From a virus: 64,000 nucleotides of DNA. Where the stretch lies: IMG/VR virus record IMGVR_UViG_3300034018_003010, one strand, 5' to 3'. Numbering within the stretch: position 1 is the stretch's first letter; the number at the start of each line of letters is the position of its first letter. The position numbers and the translations under genes were made by a program. The notes below the pieces were generated by a model. It made no database searches. It was not told where the DNA came from and saw nothing but the letters and a program-made list of their open reading frames with translations. Of the stretch, positions 29,538-40,174 are shown one piece after another.

Positions 29538-31295
29538 TTACAAATTAAATATCCATTTCTTTTTGCCACAATCCCATATTCTTGCAAATCCTTTTTCCAA
29601 ACAGATTTCTCTTTCTGTATTGGCATCAGGTTCTTGTTTTTTTTGCGATTGCTTACTTAGTCTAATATTTTTTTTATTTAAATCTACATAGGAATAATCT
29701 GGTCCGCTTTCTCTTAATAATCTAAACCCGAGTTTTTCATACACGCCACCGCTGCTCCATCTATTATCACTCCATGAGCTTACTTGAGCAAAGCCTTGAG
29801 ATTTTGCCCATATACAACATCGTTTGAAAAGTCTAGATGATCCTCCTATTATTGAAATATTATCTTTAAAACATAAACGATCTAAAATTAACTCATCTAC
29901 ATTTCTGTGATGATTTCCAAAAGACATTCCTCCTATAAGTTTATTATCATAAAATAAACCATAAGAAATTATGGACAAATTATTAGATCCTTGTATGTGA
30001 TATTCATCACAAAAATATTTAAAATCAACTTTAGTAATTTCTTTAATTTCGCAATTTCTAGCAAATATCTTTAAGTCATTTTTATTCAAAATTGACTTAA
30101 TAAAATTTCTGCATTGTGTGTTTCTGTTTATCCACTCATCTTCAAAAATTGTAATAAGTCTAATCCCTTTATTTTTGCAAATTTTATATTTATCATGATG
30201 ATATCTTCTTAATCTTGGTTCTGGGGATATTTCATTATGCCAATATAAACCGCAGTATTCAAAAGCAATTTTTTTATTTTCATCATATAAATCAAGTTCT
30301 TTTCCATTGAGAATTTCATGATCAACATGAAAATTAAATCCAAATGAATTAACCCAATTTTCTATTTCGGCTTGAGTTTTGCCATAATTTTTATTTTCTT
30401 CAAGCATGCAAGCTGCTGGAACGCCATACTTTTGAATATTAGTTTTAATCATTTTGCTAATTGTTTGTTGGTTTTGGCTTGCTCTAGGATATCCATATCT
30501 TTCAATATTTGTTTTTTCTATTTTTTCAATAACATTTTGATTTGCAAATGGACACTCGTACCCATATCTTTCTAAATTTGTTTGTTTTCTTTTATTATTA
30601 ATTTCTTCATTTTGCAACGGATTAGTAACGCCATATTTTTCAATATTTGTTTGTACAATTTTTTGTTTCACATCTTCTCTCATACCAGAATATGGAACAC
30701 CATGATTTTCTAAATTTGATTCAATTATTTTTTGCTTAACTTCTTCTGATTGAGAAGCATGTTCACAACCAAATCTTTCCAGATTTGTTTGTTTCCTTTT
30801 TTCTTGTACTAATTCTGATTGCATGGCAAATTCAACGCCATGTTTCTCTAAATTGGTTTTTTTAGTTTTTTCTTTGACTTCTTCATTTTGCAATGAGCAT
30901 TCTGTTCCATATTTTTCAATACATGTTTCTTTCATTTTTTGTTGAACAGAATCTGCTTGAGATGCAAATTCGCTTCCATATCTTTCCAGATTTGTTTTTT
31001 TCATTTTTTCCAAAGTTTGTGGCATCTTTTCTTTTATTTTTACTATTTTTTTAGCAATGACATCTGGTATTTGTGAAACATGGCTAACACCATATTTTGA
31101 CATGCAACCATCTTCTTTTTTCTTTGCTTTACATTCTTTAGAACCACAACTATGTGTTGGGCTGTTTTTGCAGGCACGATTAATTACTTTTATTTCTCTT
31201 TCAAATTCTTTTCCACAATAATCACATTTCCACCAGACTTTGTGGGAAATGGGAATTTTCTCAAAAGGAATTGAAAGTCTTTCACTAATTAACAT
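29538..31295 (-). CDS. Hef-like homing endonuclease (Zn finger, KxTNLExYG repeats, PD-(D/E)xK/Vsr-like domain, GNAT-like C-terminal domain)
   Basis: WWKCDYCG; about nine KKTNLERYG-type repeats; ELDLY...AFEYCGLYWH...ITIFEDEW; IFARNC...GGSSRL...SDNRWS.G.VYEKLGF...IWDCG. Confidence 0.7.
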   Translation of the reverse strand: MLISERLSIPFEKIPISHKVWWKCDYCGKEFEREIKVINRACKNSPTHSCGSKECKAKKKEDGCMSKYGVSHVSQIPDVIAKKIVKIKEKMPQTLEKMKKTNLERYGSEFASQADSVQQKMKETCIEKYGTECSLQNEEVKEKTKKTNLEKHGVEFAMQSELVQEKRKQTNLERFGCEHASQSEEVKQKIIESNLENHGVPYSGMREDVKQKIVQTNIEKYGVTNPLQNEEINNKRKQTNLERYGYECPFANQNVIEKIEKTNIERYGYPRASQNQQTISKMIKTNIQKYGVPAACMLEENKNYGKTQAEIENWVNSFGFNFHVDHEILNGKELDLYDENKKIAFEYCGLYWHNEISPEPRLRRYHHDKYKICKNKGIRLITIFEDEWINRNTQCRNFIKSILNKNDLKIFARNCEIKEITKVDFKYFCDEYHIQGSNNLSIISYGLFYDNKLIGGMSFGNHHRNVDELILDRLCFKDNISIIGGSSRLFKRCCIWAKSQGFAQVSSWSDNRWSSGGVYEKLGFRLLRESGPDYSYVDLNKKNIRLSKQSQKKQEPDANTEREICLEKGFARIWDCGKKKWIFNL

Positions 31296-31379
31296 TTGTT
31301 ATGGCCTCACAAAATAAATAAAAATTATTTTAACATTTTGTTTATTTTTTTCAAGGATAAATGGAAAAATTAAAAATTT

Positions 31380-32264
31380 TTAATCGAGACTTGGACCGAA
31401 AACATCACCAAATCTGTTAACTAAATCTTCTAGCCATTTGGCTCTATCTTCTCTTCCTTCTTGTAAAAGAGTATCTCCGTCAAGCTGAACCCCTCCATTA
31501 GGACCCGGAGGATTTTTAATTTTACTTCTAATTCTACCAAGCATTATTTTGGCATGCGCCAATGCTCCATCTTGCATAACTTGTTGAACTCTTCCCCAAT
31601 CATAATTCTTTTGCAAATAGTGTACAACTACTCTATGTGCTCTATAAGGTATAGGATAAATTTTTACATTTTGGTATCCTCCATAAAACTCCCACCCGCC
31701 TATATTACTAGCCATGCGTGAATAAGTTTGTTCATATCCTTTATATAATTGCCACTCACCAGCTCTTCCCCATATTGGTTGCACAGGATCAATTAAACCG
31801 CCTTGAATAGATGCATATGCCCCGCCGGGATAAAAGTATTCTGTTGGTATTGCACCACCTAAATCACTAGATTGAAATGAGAATGTTCCTGTTTCTTTAT
31901 AATAAACATTTCTAATATATCCAATATCAGGAGGCATTGTATAAATTGATTGTCCTGGTATTGTATTAAACACATAGTATTGAAAATATTCTCTTGGAGC
32001 CCATTCTTCTATAATCTGAAGTGATATATCTACTGCTGCATCTAATTGTTGTTCGTCAAGTTCTATATTAATAACAGGGGCACCAAGCATCAAAAGGATG
32101 TAGTCCTTGAGTTGCCCTCTAATCTTCCCTCTATTTGGTCTGGCTCCCAGCTTGGAAATATCCAAGGGATCTGAGACTCCAAGGTTACTGCCTCCCGCCA
32201 AATTGCAACATTGGTTTGCAGAAGGTTTTTGAAGATAAATAAAATTTGAAGAATTGGTACTCAT
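31380..32264 (-). CDS. Neck protein, T4 gp13-like
   Basis: LKDYILLMLGAPVINIELDEQQLD...AKIMLG...PG..GVQLDG..L.QEG matches the gp13 pattern. Confidence 0.85.
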   Translation of the reverse strand: MSTNSSNFIYLQKPSANQCCNLAGGSNLGVSDPLDISKLGARPNRGKIRGQLKDYILLMLGAPVINIELDEQQLDAAVDISLQIIEEWAPREYFQYYVFNTIPGQSIYTMPPDIGYIRNVYYKETGTFSFQSSDLGGAIPTEYFYPGGAYASIQGGLIDPVQPIWGRAGEWQLYKGYEQTYSRMASNIGGWEFYGGYQNVKIYPIPYRAHRVVVHYLQKNYDWGRVQQVMQDGALAHAKIMLGRIRSKIKNPPGPNGGVQLDGDTLLQEGREDRAKWLEDLVNRFGDVFGPSLD

Positions 32265-32308
32265 AATACATATATGTATAGAACTTTTTATTTATAATTG
32301 GTGAAAAA

Positions 32309-35203
32309 ATGTCAGCGGACAATAAACTTCTTAGTATTTACAACAAGTTCAACAGAACAAAAGACAGACCTTTGAATGAAGTCCTGTTAGAAAGCTTAGA
32401 TTTATTAACAGAAGCCCAGATTAACAACATTTACAAGGGCTTAATATATTTGGATAGAAATGATGCAAATTTTCTTAATCAGTTTCCTCCAAGATATTGG
32501 GCTCAGGCTTTATATCAAAGGTATCACAATTATTTGTGGGACTATTTAAGCAAACTTCAAGACGAGCGTGACAAGGTATATTTGCCAAAATATAAGGAAG
32601 AGCTTGAAGATGAGATGAAAAGTGTTGAAACTGATTCTGTGTATGCTTCTTTGGACAAAAAAACAAAGAAGAGAATTGCTATGGATAATGCAAGGCATAT
32701 AGCAAAGCAATATTCTGACAGGATTGAAATGCCTTTTAATGATAATCCAAGTTCTCCTTTTGATTTTGTTGGAACTGGAAGAGATAATTTTATAAGGGTT
32801 TATGCCAATCCGCACGTTGAAGATTTGTATAAAAAATTAGAAGGAGCAAAAGGCAAGCACGATGGATTTGATTTGCATAATCCTGTTGAAATAGAAAAGA
32901 AGGCATCGTCAGCAGAGGGAGAGCCGGAAACAAGAAGGCAGACTGACGGGTTTCTTTTGCCGGAAGAAAAGAACATTCAGACAATGATTCGTGACTACAT
33001 TAAATTGCTTGGTCACAAAATACTTCCTTACAACGACGAAGATTTAATTTATCAAGATAATAATCCTGATGAATCAAAGAGAATGATAAGGAATGCAGAA
33101 TACAAGTCGAGCAATTTATTTAAAGATACAATGACTTATGAGCTTTTGGAAGACGATTTGTTTAAAAGAGCAAAAGCCGAATTAAAAAGCAATCATGAAA
33201 AATCGGATCAAAAGAGAGTTGAAGATTTAAAAGCACAAATCAAAGCAAAAGGTGGATTGCTTAAAGACTACAAAGACATGTTAGATTCAGAGGGTTATCC
33301 TGGCGGCAGATCACAATTAGATGCAGATGCCAAGAAGCTTGCAAAGCAAAGATTGGAAAGTTTAATAAAGCTTGGCAAAATCAAATCTCCAGAAAGCTTT
33401 GAAGATCCGAGCAGAGAAAGGGCGGCAATAAAGGGCGAGTTTGATACTGCTGGCAATCTAAAAAAAGTAATACATCCTGATTTAGTTTTACCGCACAAAA
33501 AAATATTTGTAAAAATGCAGAAACTAAAAAAGAATGCAGATGGAAATCTTGTTCCTGTTGGAGAGCCAGAAATAGAAGAACATGATGCTCCAATAATTGT
33601 TCCCGGCACAACATTTCGTAGATTAAAACAAAAAGAACTTGATTTAATTAAAAAGGTTGAGTCTGGAGAAGGTTTGAGTGAAAACGAAGAAGCAGAATAT
33701 AAAGCCATGTTCGGAGAGCTTGGCAACCACATAAACTATCTTAGAGGCAGTCACTATGACTATGATAGCGATACAAATCGTCCAATATTCATAGATTCTT
33801 GGCATGAGCCATCATCGCAAAAACAGGGAGCGGAGCATTACAAGGCTGGTGGATTATTCCCGGCAGCGGAAAGTCCTGAAAGAGTTGCTCTTGGAAAATA
33901 CAATGTAGACATTGATTCAAAAGGAGTTGTTAACAAATATCAAAATGAAGCATATGCTAAAAAAGTTGCAAAAATGTTTGGCAAGGAGTTTGTTAATGGA
34001 ATGAGTTTAAAACAGTTTATCAGGAATATAATCTACAAGAGGCTCGCAAGTAAAAAATTTAAGGAACAAAAGCAAGACACTATGAGCTTGGCATTAGAAA
34101 GATCTGTTTTGTTATTTTTCCTTGATCAGCTTGTTGAAATGGGAATGCAAAGAGTAATTGAAAATTTTGGACTTGATGGAATAGAAGAAAGTCCAAGCAT
34201 AATTACTGATTTAGTTAGCAAAATGATGCAAAGTATTGAGCAGCAAGATTTGGTAAGGGGAAGCAGAAGAAGAAGAAAGAATTTAGGACAAATGGGATCG
34301 GTTGGTTCTCCCAGCTTGCAAGCTTACGCAAATAGTTATAGCTGCAATATTGATCCAGAAATGAGAAGACTTGGAGCGGCCAAATGTGGATTCAAATATA
34401 GAATAGGCAATTTGATAAAGAGTGTTGATTCCAACACGGCATCTATTCTTTCTTTGGACAGGGAATTAGATGACACAGAAAACAGCAATACACAAGAGCT
34501 TTTAATTAAAGATTTAAGAAGAGAATTTTCTTCTTTGTTGATGACTTTAGCTATTGTATTTTATAGATCTGAATTTGAGTCCTCTGCAAACAAGGACTCT
34601 TATGACGATCATTCTTTTAGAATAAACAAAATTCTTGATGCGGAATATAAAGTAAGAGAATTTGTTGAGAGTTTGGTTATGCGATCAGAGTCTTCTGGCG
34701 GAACTATTGATGCAAACATGTTTGCAAATGAAGTTAAAAACAAAATAAAACAAATTGAATCCACAATAGAAGATGAATATGTAGATAATGACCGCCAGAT
34801 TATGGCTCCTGAAGATGAAATAATAGATAAATATCGACCTGCTAAATATCCGTTAAAAACATCTGCTGAGTATATTGAAGATTTTAAAACCGAATTAAAA
34901 GCAAATCCACACAACTATATTGCCATAAAGAAAAAATATGATGAAATGGTAAAAAATGGTTTTATTGATAATTCGGGTGGAATTCTTGAACAAATAATTA
35001 ACAAGCTGCTAGCTCTAATTGCTTCTCATACAAGCGCAGCCAAAAATATGAACAGCATAAATAATGTTAATCCAAAGCTATTAGCAAAAACAGATTTAAT
35101 TGCAGCAATAGGAAGGATAAAGGGAGCTATTGCTGGGGCTTCTGAAGAAGAAGCCAAAAAACTAAATGATACTCTCAATAGATTTGAATTACAAAACAAA
35201 TAG
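32309..35203 (+). CDS. Hypothetical 964-aa charged protein, possibly an internal head protein
   Basis: Long ORF in the morphogenesis cluster with N-terminal LLE/LTE motifs; no recognised domain. Confidence 0.6.
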   Translation: MSADNKLLSIYNKFNRTKDRPLNEVLLESLDLLTEAQINNIYKGLIYLDRNDANFLNQFPPRYWAQALYQRYHNYLWDYLSKLQDERDKVYLPKYKEELEDEMKSVETDSVYASLDKKTKKRIAMDNARHIAKQYSDRIEMPFNDNPSSPFDFVGTGRDNFIRVYANPHVEDLYKKLEGAKGKHDGFDLHNPVEIEKKASSAEGEPETRRQTDGFLLPEEKNIQTMIRDYIKLLGHKILPYNDEDLIYQDNNPDESKRMIRNAEYKSSNLFKDTMTYELLEDDLFKRAKAELKSNHEKSDQKRVEDLKAQIKAKGGLLKDYKDMLDSEGYPGGRSQLDADAKKLAKQRLESLIKLGKIKSPESFEDPSRERAAIKGEFDTAGNLKKVIHPDLVLPHKKIFVKMQKLKKNADGNLVPVGEPEIEEHDAPIIVPGTTFRRLKQKELDLIKKVESGEGLSENEEAEYKAMFGELGNHINYLRGSHYDYDSDTNRPIFIDSWHEPSSQKQGAEHYKAGGLFPAAESPERVALGKYNVDIDSKGVVNKYQNEAYAKKVAKMFGKEFVNGMSLKQFIRNIIYKRLASKKFKEQKQDTMSLALERSVLLFFLDQLVEMGMQRVIENFGLDGIEESPSIITDLVSKMMQSIEQQDLVRGSRRRRKNLGQMGSVGSPSLQAYANSYSCNIDPEMRRLGAAKCGFKYRIGNLIKSVDSNTASILSLDRELDDTENSNTQELLIKDLRREFSSLLMTLAIVFYRSEFESSANKDSYDDHSFRINKILDAEYKVREFVESLVMRSESSGGTIDANMFANEVKNKIKQIESTIEDEYVDNDRQIMAPEDEIIDKYRPAKYPLKTSAEYIEDFKTELKANPHNYIAIKKKYDEMVKNGFIDNSGGILEQIINKLLALIASHTSAAKNMNSINNVNPKLLAKTDLIAAIGRIKGAIAGASEEEAKKLNDTLNRFELQNK

Positions 35204-35211
35204 GTGCTATA

Positions 35212-35463
35212 ATGGAATATAATTATATAAATTTTGTTAACTCACAGCAAGTTCTTAGTTATCTCGAAAAAATATTAGGAGACGATTTAAAAGTCTATTA
35301 TCCTATACTTTACAAGGTTGTCGGGAACATGAGTAATGAAAATGAAATACAAGGATTTGTAAGTTTGGTGGCAAAAATTTATGAAGTTGGATTTAATAAA
35401 TCTGTTGAAGCCCATAAAGAATCGCTTGAAAGGCTTGGATTAATTGCAAAAGTTAAAAATTAG
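35212..35463 (+). CDS. Hypothetical protein
   Basis: 83-aa ORF with SD-like AGGTG. Confidence 0.6.
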   Translation: MEYNYINFVNSQQVLSYLEKILGDDLKVYYPILYKVVGNMSNENEIQGFVSLVAKIYEVGFNKSVEAHKESLERLGLIAKVKN

Positions 35464-36127
35464 GATGTTGCATACTTGGTATGCATTTTACTACAAAGCC
35501 TTCTGGTGCTGATTTTATTGCATCTGCTTGCCACCATCTTTTTTCTTGGTTTTTTGGATAAAATATTGCAAATCTTTTTATTTTTTCTAAATGTGTCCAA
35601 AACAACAGATGCATATCGGTTTCTTCTATTAAAATTGCTTCAAAGGTAAATTTCTTTCCATATGTTATTTTTGTAGTAACTTCTCCATATAATAAATCTT
35701 TTTTTTCTTGAACATCAGTTGGAAGGCAGCAAAGTACAGTTTTCGGGTAATTTAAAAGCTTGCTATTTACAGATTTTGGTTTTTCTACTATTTCTTCTTC
35801 ATCTATTTTTGGCTGTGGCGGCTTGATTTCTTGAGTTATTTGAGCTTCTTGAAAAGAAAACTCTTGTTTTTTTTGTGGTGGTTTTTCTTCGACAAAAGCA
35901 GGTGTTTTTACGCTAACTTCAGACCTAATTTCATCTTGTTTTGCAACAACTGTTTGGCCTAGGTTAATCTTATTTCTTGTAGGTTTTTTGGCAATATTTT
36001 GATTGACAACATCGTCAGGAAATTCCATATTGTGCAATTCAAAATCATTCCAAAGGTCTTGTTCTAACATAATAGGATTTGGACCTTTAACTTTGTATAC
36101 AGTTCCATCTTTATTTTTTATCACCAT
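35453..36127 (-). CDS. Hypothetical protein
   Basis: 224-aa ORF with AATATATA 6 nt upstream of the start. Confidence 0.65.
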   Translation of the reverse strand: MVIKNKDGTVYKVKGPNPIMLEQDLWNDFELHNMEFPDDVVNQNIAKKPTRNKINLGQTVVAKQDEIRSEVSVKTPAFVEEKPPQKKQEFSFQEAQITQEIKPPQPKIDEEEIVEKPKSVNSKLLNYPKTVLCCLPTDVQEKKDLLYGEVTTKITYGKKFTFEAILIEETDMHLLFWTHLEKIKRFAIFYPKNQEKRWWQADAIKSAPEGFVVKCIPSMQHPNF

Positions 36128-36168
36128 TTTGATTATATATTAATAGATAAATTATATTTGGAGGCTTT

Positions 36169-36570
36169 ATGGCTTTTATAGTGCCTGATGTTGGCGAAGT
36201 ACAACTTTTAAAGAGACTTCTTGGAATTGGCGGAACAGCAAATGGCAGTCTAACTCTTCGTCTTTACGAAAATGATCCTACTATTGATGAAAACACAACT
36301 GTTGGAATGCTAACTGAATGTACTGCTGCTGGTTATGCATCGATAACTCTTGCTGGAGCAAGCTGGGCGGTACCAATTACCGTATCTGGGCAAACTTCTA
36401 CATCATATGCACAACAAACTTTTAGTTTTACTGGTGCCGCAACTGTTTATGGCTATTATATAACAGATGGTTCAAATCTTGTGTTGGTTGAAAGATTTGC
36501 TTCCGCTCCATTCGTTGTTCCTGCAGCAGGTGGCCAAATAGCTATAACACCAACTATGAATCTAGAGTAA
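36169..36570 (+). CDS. Putative small virion structural (tail/fibre-associated) protein
   Basis: LTLRLY.ND...GYASITL...W...YAQQTF.F....VYGYYI is a pattern typical of phage structural proteins; SD GGAGG. Confidence 0.6.
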   Translation: MAFIVPDVGEVQLLKRLLGIGGTANGSLTLRLYENDPTIDENTTVGMLTECTAAGYASITLAGASWAVPITVSGQTSTSYAQQTFSFTGAATVYGYYITDGSNLVLVERFASAPFVVPAAGGQIAITPTMNLE

Positions 36571-36578
36571 GAGGAACC

Positions 36579-38870
36579 ATGAATTCTAATTTTATTAAGT
36601 GGCTTTTAGTAAGTGAAGCAAGTCAATTGGGTTCTGACAGTTATGAAAAGTACAGAACTATAGTTGATACATCTATTAAAAAGTTTGCAAAAATGTTATT
36701 GGAAAAATCCAATAGCATTGATGGATTTATTACTGATGAACAAAAAGCAGCTTTGAATAGTATCGAGGCTTCTGGATTAGATGACAATTTTATTATTAAA
36801 TTTCTCATACCTTACATGAATCTAGAAAAAGTTAGTTTTGAAGCTTTTACCGATGCAACAAGTTCTTGCATTTATGGAATAAAAGGTGGTCTAGACAAAG
36901 GCGAAGAATACAAGCCTGAGATTGCACAAAAGGCAAAAAGGGCCAATGTAAAAATGAGTGCTGCTCGTTTGGCCAAATCTAGAGAAGAGCGAAGTTTTAG
37001 TGCCTCAAAGTTATCCCATACTGCATTACACGAATTTATAACAAGAATAAAATCTGGAACTTATGAAGAATTTATTGACAAATTGATTAATTATGGAGGC
37101 ACGGGATTTAAATCTTACTTGTCTCTTGGTCATAGAAACATTGCTTTGCGTGACAAGCAATCAAGAGAAAAATATGCTATGAAATTTGGCGAGCTGAATA
37201 AAGAAGCAGAAAATCTTGCCAACAAGATGAAAAATGACGAAATAAGTCAATCTGATTATGAAGCAGGACTTCAAAGAATAAAAGACGATCAAAAAAATGC
37301 TTTGGGAATAGCTAGTTCATTTGAACCTCAAGATGCTGGATCACAAGAAAACAGAGTTGAATATATTGCTTCAGAATTTGTTAGGCATTATGCTGGCAAA
37401 TCAGATTTAATTTATACTTTGTTTAATTTTTTAGTAAATTGCATCAGGCAGTCTACACTTGGCAACATGAGAAATAAGAATTATTATGTTGGTGCAAAAT
37501 CGACACCAAATACTGCAACTGGTGACGAAGGAGAAGACCTTGATGTGAGCGGTGACGGAGAATCCGTTGTCAAAGGGGGAGAAAAGATTGGCGGGCCGCA
37601 CAGAATTCATGCCAGCGAACCAGATAGGCCCGATGCTCCAGAATCAGGTATGTCGATAAGTGGTCAAATTGAAGCGGCCATAACCAACAAATCTAATTCT
37701 CTAATATTGACATTAAAGCGTTGTATTCTTGTCTATCTTGAAAACGCTAAAAACATTTTAAGTTCAAAAGTTTCTTTAAGTGCGAAGCTTGCAATTTTGA
37801 AAGCAGCATTTTGTTTTAGATATTTGTTGGAAAGAATTGAAAAAGATACAAATAATTTTGTAAGTGATTTAACAAACTTTGTTGAAAAAGAAATGCCTGA
37901 TATTATAGCAGGAAAAAGACCTAGTGTTAAATCAATATTAAATGTAAATGATTTGTATGATTCATTTGTAAAAAATCCAGAAATAGAATTATTAAGAGTT
38001 TCAGCATCTATTTGTTATAACGCATATGATAAAGTAAACTCAGCAGATGCTTTATCAATGCTTCCATCTAATATTACAAAAGACATGCTTGTTGAATCTT
38101 TTGGATTTGATGATTTTATATTATTAAAAGAAGCATGTGATTCTGGTAGTAAGTTTTGTATTAATGGTGATACAGATCATGAAAAGATTATAAATTTATC
38201 AGACAAAATTTGGATTACAAGTATGTGGCCAGATTCTACATCTATCGCTTTTTACATGGACAATTTAAAGAATGTAATTTTTCATGCATTCCATGTATGG
38301 GATGCTAAAAGACAAGGTAAAGAAGCGCCTCCAATTGAACAATGCGGAAAGTTAGCTATTAAGAGAAAAGATACTGGATTTACACATCAACATGATCCAG
38401 AGCATCATAAAGCTGTAGCTTTTAAGCTCTCTGGGGGACTATCTGCTGACGATCAAGAGTCTTTAAACAAGATAATTGACAGACTAGAAAAACTTATTGT
38501 TGACAGGTACTACAAAAGAGTTTTAAAAGAAAAAGATCCAATCAAACAAAAGCAAGAAGTACAAAAGTTTATTAACCCAAGTACTTTAAGCATTTTCCTT
38601 AGAGAGCTTCTGATAGATCAAAATATTTCAACTAAAGTATCATCAGAATATGGAATTAATGCAAAACCTGCTATTCAATATATTATTAAAGAATTAATGT
38701 CATTTATTATAGACCATGATAAAAATAATAATCCTGAATATCAACAGATAGACCAAGATGAGGATGAAAATCCATATCAAGTCGATGCAGAAGTTAAAGA
38801 TATAATGGGAGGACGCATAATTGATCGAACTGGAGAGGATGAGGACGAATATCCAAGGAGAAAAATTTGA
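36579..38870 (+). CDS. Hypothetical 763-aa protein with a CTS-like N-terminus
   Basis: Starts MNSNFIKWLLVSEA; SD GAGGA. Confidence 0.65.
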   Translation: MNSNFIKWLLVSEASQLGSDSYEKYRTIVDTSIKKFAKMLLEKSNSIDGFITDEQKAALNSIEASGLDDNFIIKFLIPYMNLEKVSFEAFTDATSSCIYGIKGGLDKGEEYKPEIAQKAKRANVKMSAARLAKSREERSFSASKLSHTALHEFITRIKSGTYEEFIDKLINYGGTGFKSYLSLGHRNIALRDKQSREKYAMKFGELNKEAENLANKMKNDEISQSDYEAGLQRIKDDQKNALGIASSFEPQDAGSQENRVEYIASEFVRHYAGKSDLIYTLFNFLVNCIRQSTLGNMRNKNYYVGAKSTPNTATGDEGEDLDVSGDGESVVKGGEKIGGPHRIHASEPDRPDAPESGMSISGQIEAAITNKSNSLILTLKRCILVYLENAKNILSSKVSLSAKLAILKAAFCFRYLLERIEKDTNNFVSDLTNFVEKEMPDIIAGKRPSVKSILNVNDLYDSFVKNPEIELLRVSASICYNAYDKVNSADALSMLPSNITKDMLVESFGFDDFILLKEACDSGSKFCINGDTDHEKIINLSDKIWITSMWPDSTSIAFYMDNLKNVIFHAFHVWDAKRQGKEAPPIEQCGKLAIKRKDTGFTHQHDPEHHKAVAFKLSGGLSADDQESLNKIIDRLEKLIVDRYYKRVLKEKDPIKQKQEVQKFINPSTLSIFLRELLIDQNISTKVSSEYGINAKPAIQYIIKELMSFIIDHDKNNNPEYQQIDQDEDENPYQVDAEVKDIMGGRIIDRTGEDEDEYPRRKI

Positions 38871-39400
38871 TTTACAGAAATGATGGCAAGCCATATTGCC
38901 CAACTGGATCAATGCAACAATTCGATGATGGGTTGCCAGAGCATAGTTTATTTAATGACTGGGACCAAGAGTCTATCAAACAAGGTGGCTCTCCAATTTT
39001 TTATTATGAATTATTTATAGACACAAATAATGTAGATCCGATATACTTGGAAACTAGAACTAAAATGTTTAGTCCTGTTCCTGTGCAGTTGTGGGCTGTT
39101 TACGAGCCTGTTCCTTCCCAGAACATGCAAACTGCATTTGGTATTGATTCTCCAGACGAAATGATATTTGAATTGAATTATAAAAGTGTTTTGAATACTG
39201 TTGGCCATGCTCCAAAAATTGGCTCAAGGATATTTACTCCATTTTTAAAAGAGAATTGGGTTATAATAGAGAGAAAGACAGGAGAATTCAAGATGTATGG
39301 AGTTGTTAGATTGCAACTCATATGTCAGAGGTTCCAAGAAGATGATGTTAGTGGAACCTCGGTTGGTAAAAACCAAAATGTTGATTTTAAAATTGTTTAA
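38867..39400 (+). CDS. Neck/head-closure protein, T4 gp14-like
   Basis: QESIKQGGSPIFYY...DPIYLE...FGI...DEMIF...PKIGSRI; the TTG start overlaps the upstream stop; SD AAGGAG. Confidence 0.75.
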   Translation: MIYRNDGKPYCPTGSMQQFDDGLPEHSLFNDWDQESIKQGGSPIFYYELFIDTNNVDPIYLETRTKMFSPVPVQLWAVYEPVPSQNMQTAFGIDSPDEMIFELNYKSVLNTVGHAPKIGSRIFTPFLKENWVIIERKTGEFKMYGVVRLQLICQRFQEDDVSGTSVGKNQNVDFKIV

Positions 39401-39411
39401 AAGGTGAAAAA

Positions 39412-40107
39412 ATGAAAAATTTTTATGAATTTTATAGAAGGATACAGGCTAACAAACTATTTGAACAAGGTGGCATGCCTGTAAATCCAAGCATGTCTAT
39501 GCCTCCTATGGCTGGACAAACAGGAGGCGGAATGCCTTCTGCTCCTTCCTTGGGTGGAATGGGAAGCATGCCTGCTGGTGGTGGAATGCCTACTGGTGGT
39601 GGAATGTCACCACAAGGATTTATGGATGAAGGTCCAAAAACAGCAGACCAAGAAGAAGGGGGCATGGGTCCTCCAGAAGCTGAAGGCGAAGAAAATGTTG
39701 ATGCCAGCGTTGGCGAAGATGCCGAAGGGCCAGAAGCTGTAATGCAAAAAGCTGTTAGCGATATCGAAGCACAATTAGATTTCTTGAGAAGTAAGGGAGA
39801 AGATGCTTCTGCAAGAGCTGACACTATCAATGATCTTCTTAAAATGATTAAGAAGAATATTGAAAAAGCGGAAGGCGAAGTTGGAGAAGAAGGTGTGGAA
39901 GGAGAAGAGGGAGCTGCCCCATCTTTAGGTGCTATGGGAGAAGAAGGACCTCCTATGGGTGACCAAGCTGTGCCATCGTTTGGAGGAGGTGGCGCTGGCG
40001 GTAATGATATGGGTGCAGCAGGAGGTATGCCACAAATGCCTATGCCAGGTGGAATGGCAACAGAATCATATTTTCTCAAAGCTCGAAAAAACCGCAAAAA
40101 AAAATAA
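39412..40107 (+). CDS. Gly/Met/Pro/Glu-rich low-complexity protein with a CTS-like N-terminus
   Basis: Starts MKNFYEFYRRIQANKLFEQ; a central helical segment is flanked by disordered regions. Confidence 0.7.
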   Translation: MKNFYEFYRRIQANKLFEQGGMPVNPSMSMPPMAGQTGGGMPSAPSLGGMGSMPAGGGMPTGGGMSPQGFMDEGPKTADQEEGGMGPPEAEGEENVDASVGEDAEGPEAVMQKAVSDIEAQLDFLRSKGEDASARADTINDLLKMIKKNIEKAEGEVGEEGVEGEEGAAPSLGAMGEEGPPMGDQAVPSFGGGGAGGNDMGAAGGMPQMPMPGGMATESYFLKARKNRKKK

Positions 40108-40126
40108 TTTAATTTTTATTTAAAAT

Positions 40127-40162
40127 AAACATGCAGAGACAATTAATCTCTGCATGTTTTTT
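40127..40162 (+). terminator. Intrinsic terminator
   Basis: aaacatgcagaga-caattaa-tctctgcatgtttttt. Confidence 0.8.
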
Positions 40163-40174
40163 CATATATATTTT

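Noticed and set aside
39432-40097. 221-aa antisense ORF (and similarly 61498-61731)
   Set aside because: It is a mirror of Gly/Pro-rich sense genes; those codons give few antisense stops.
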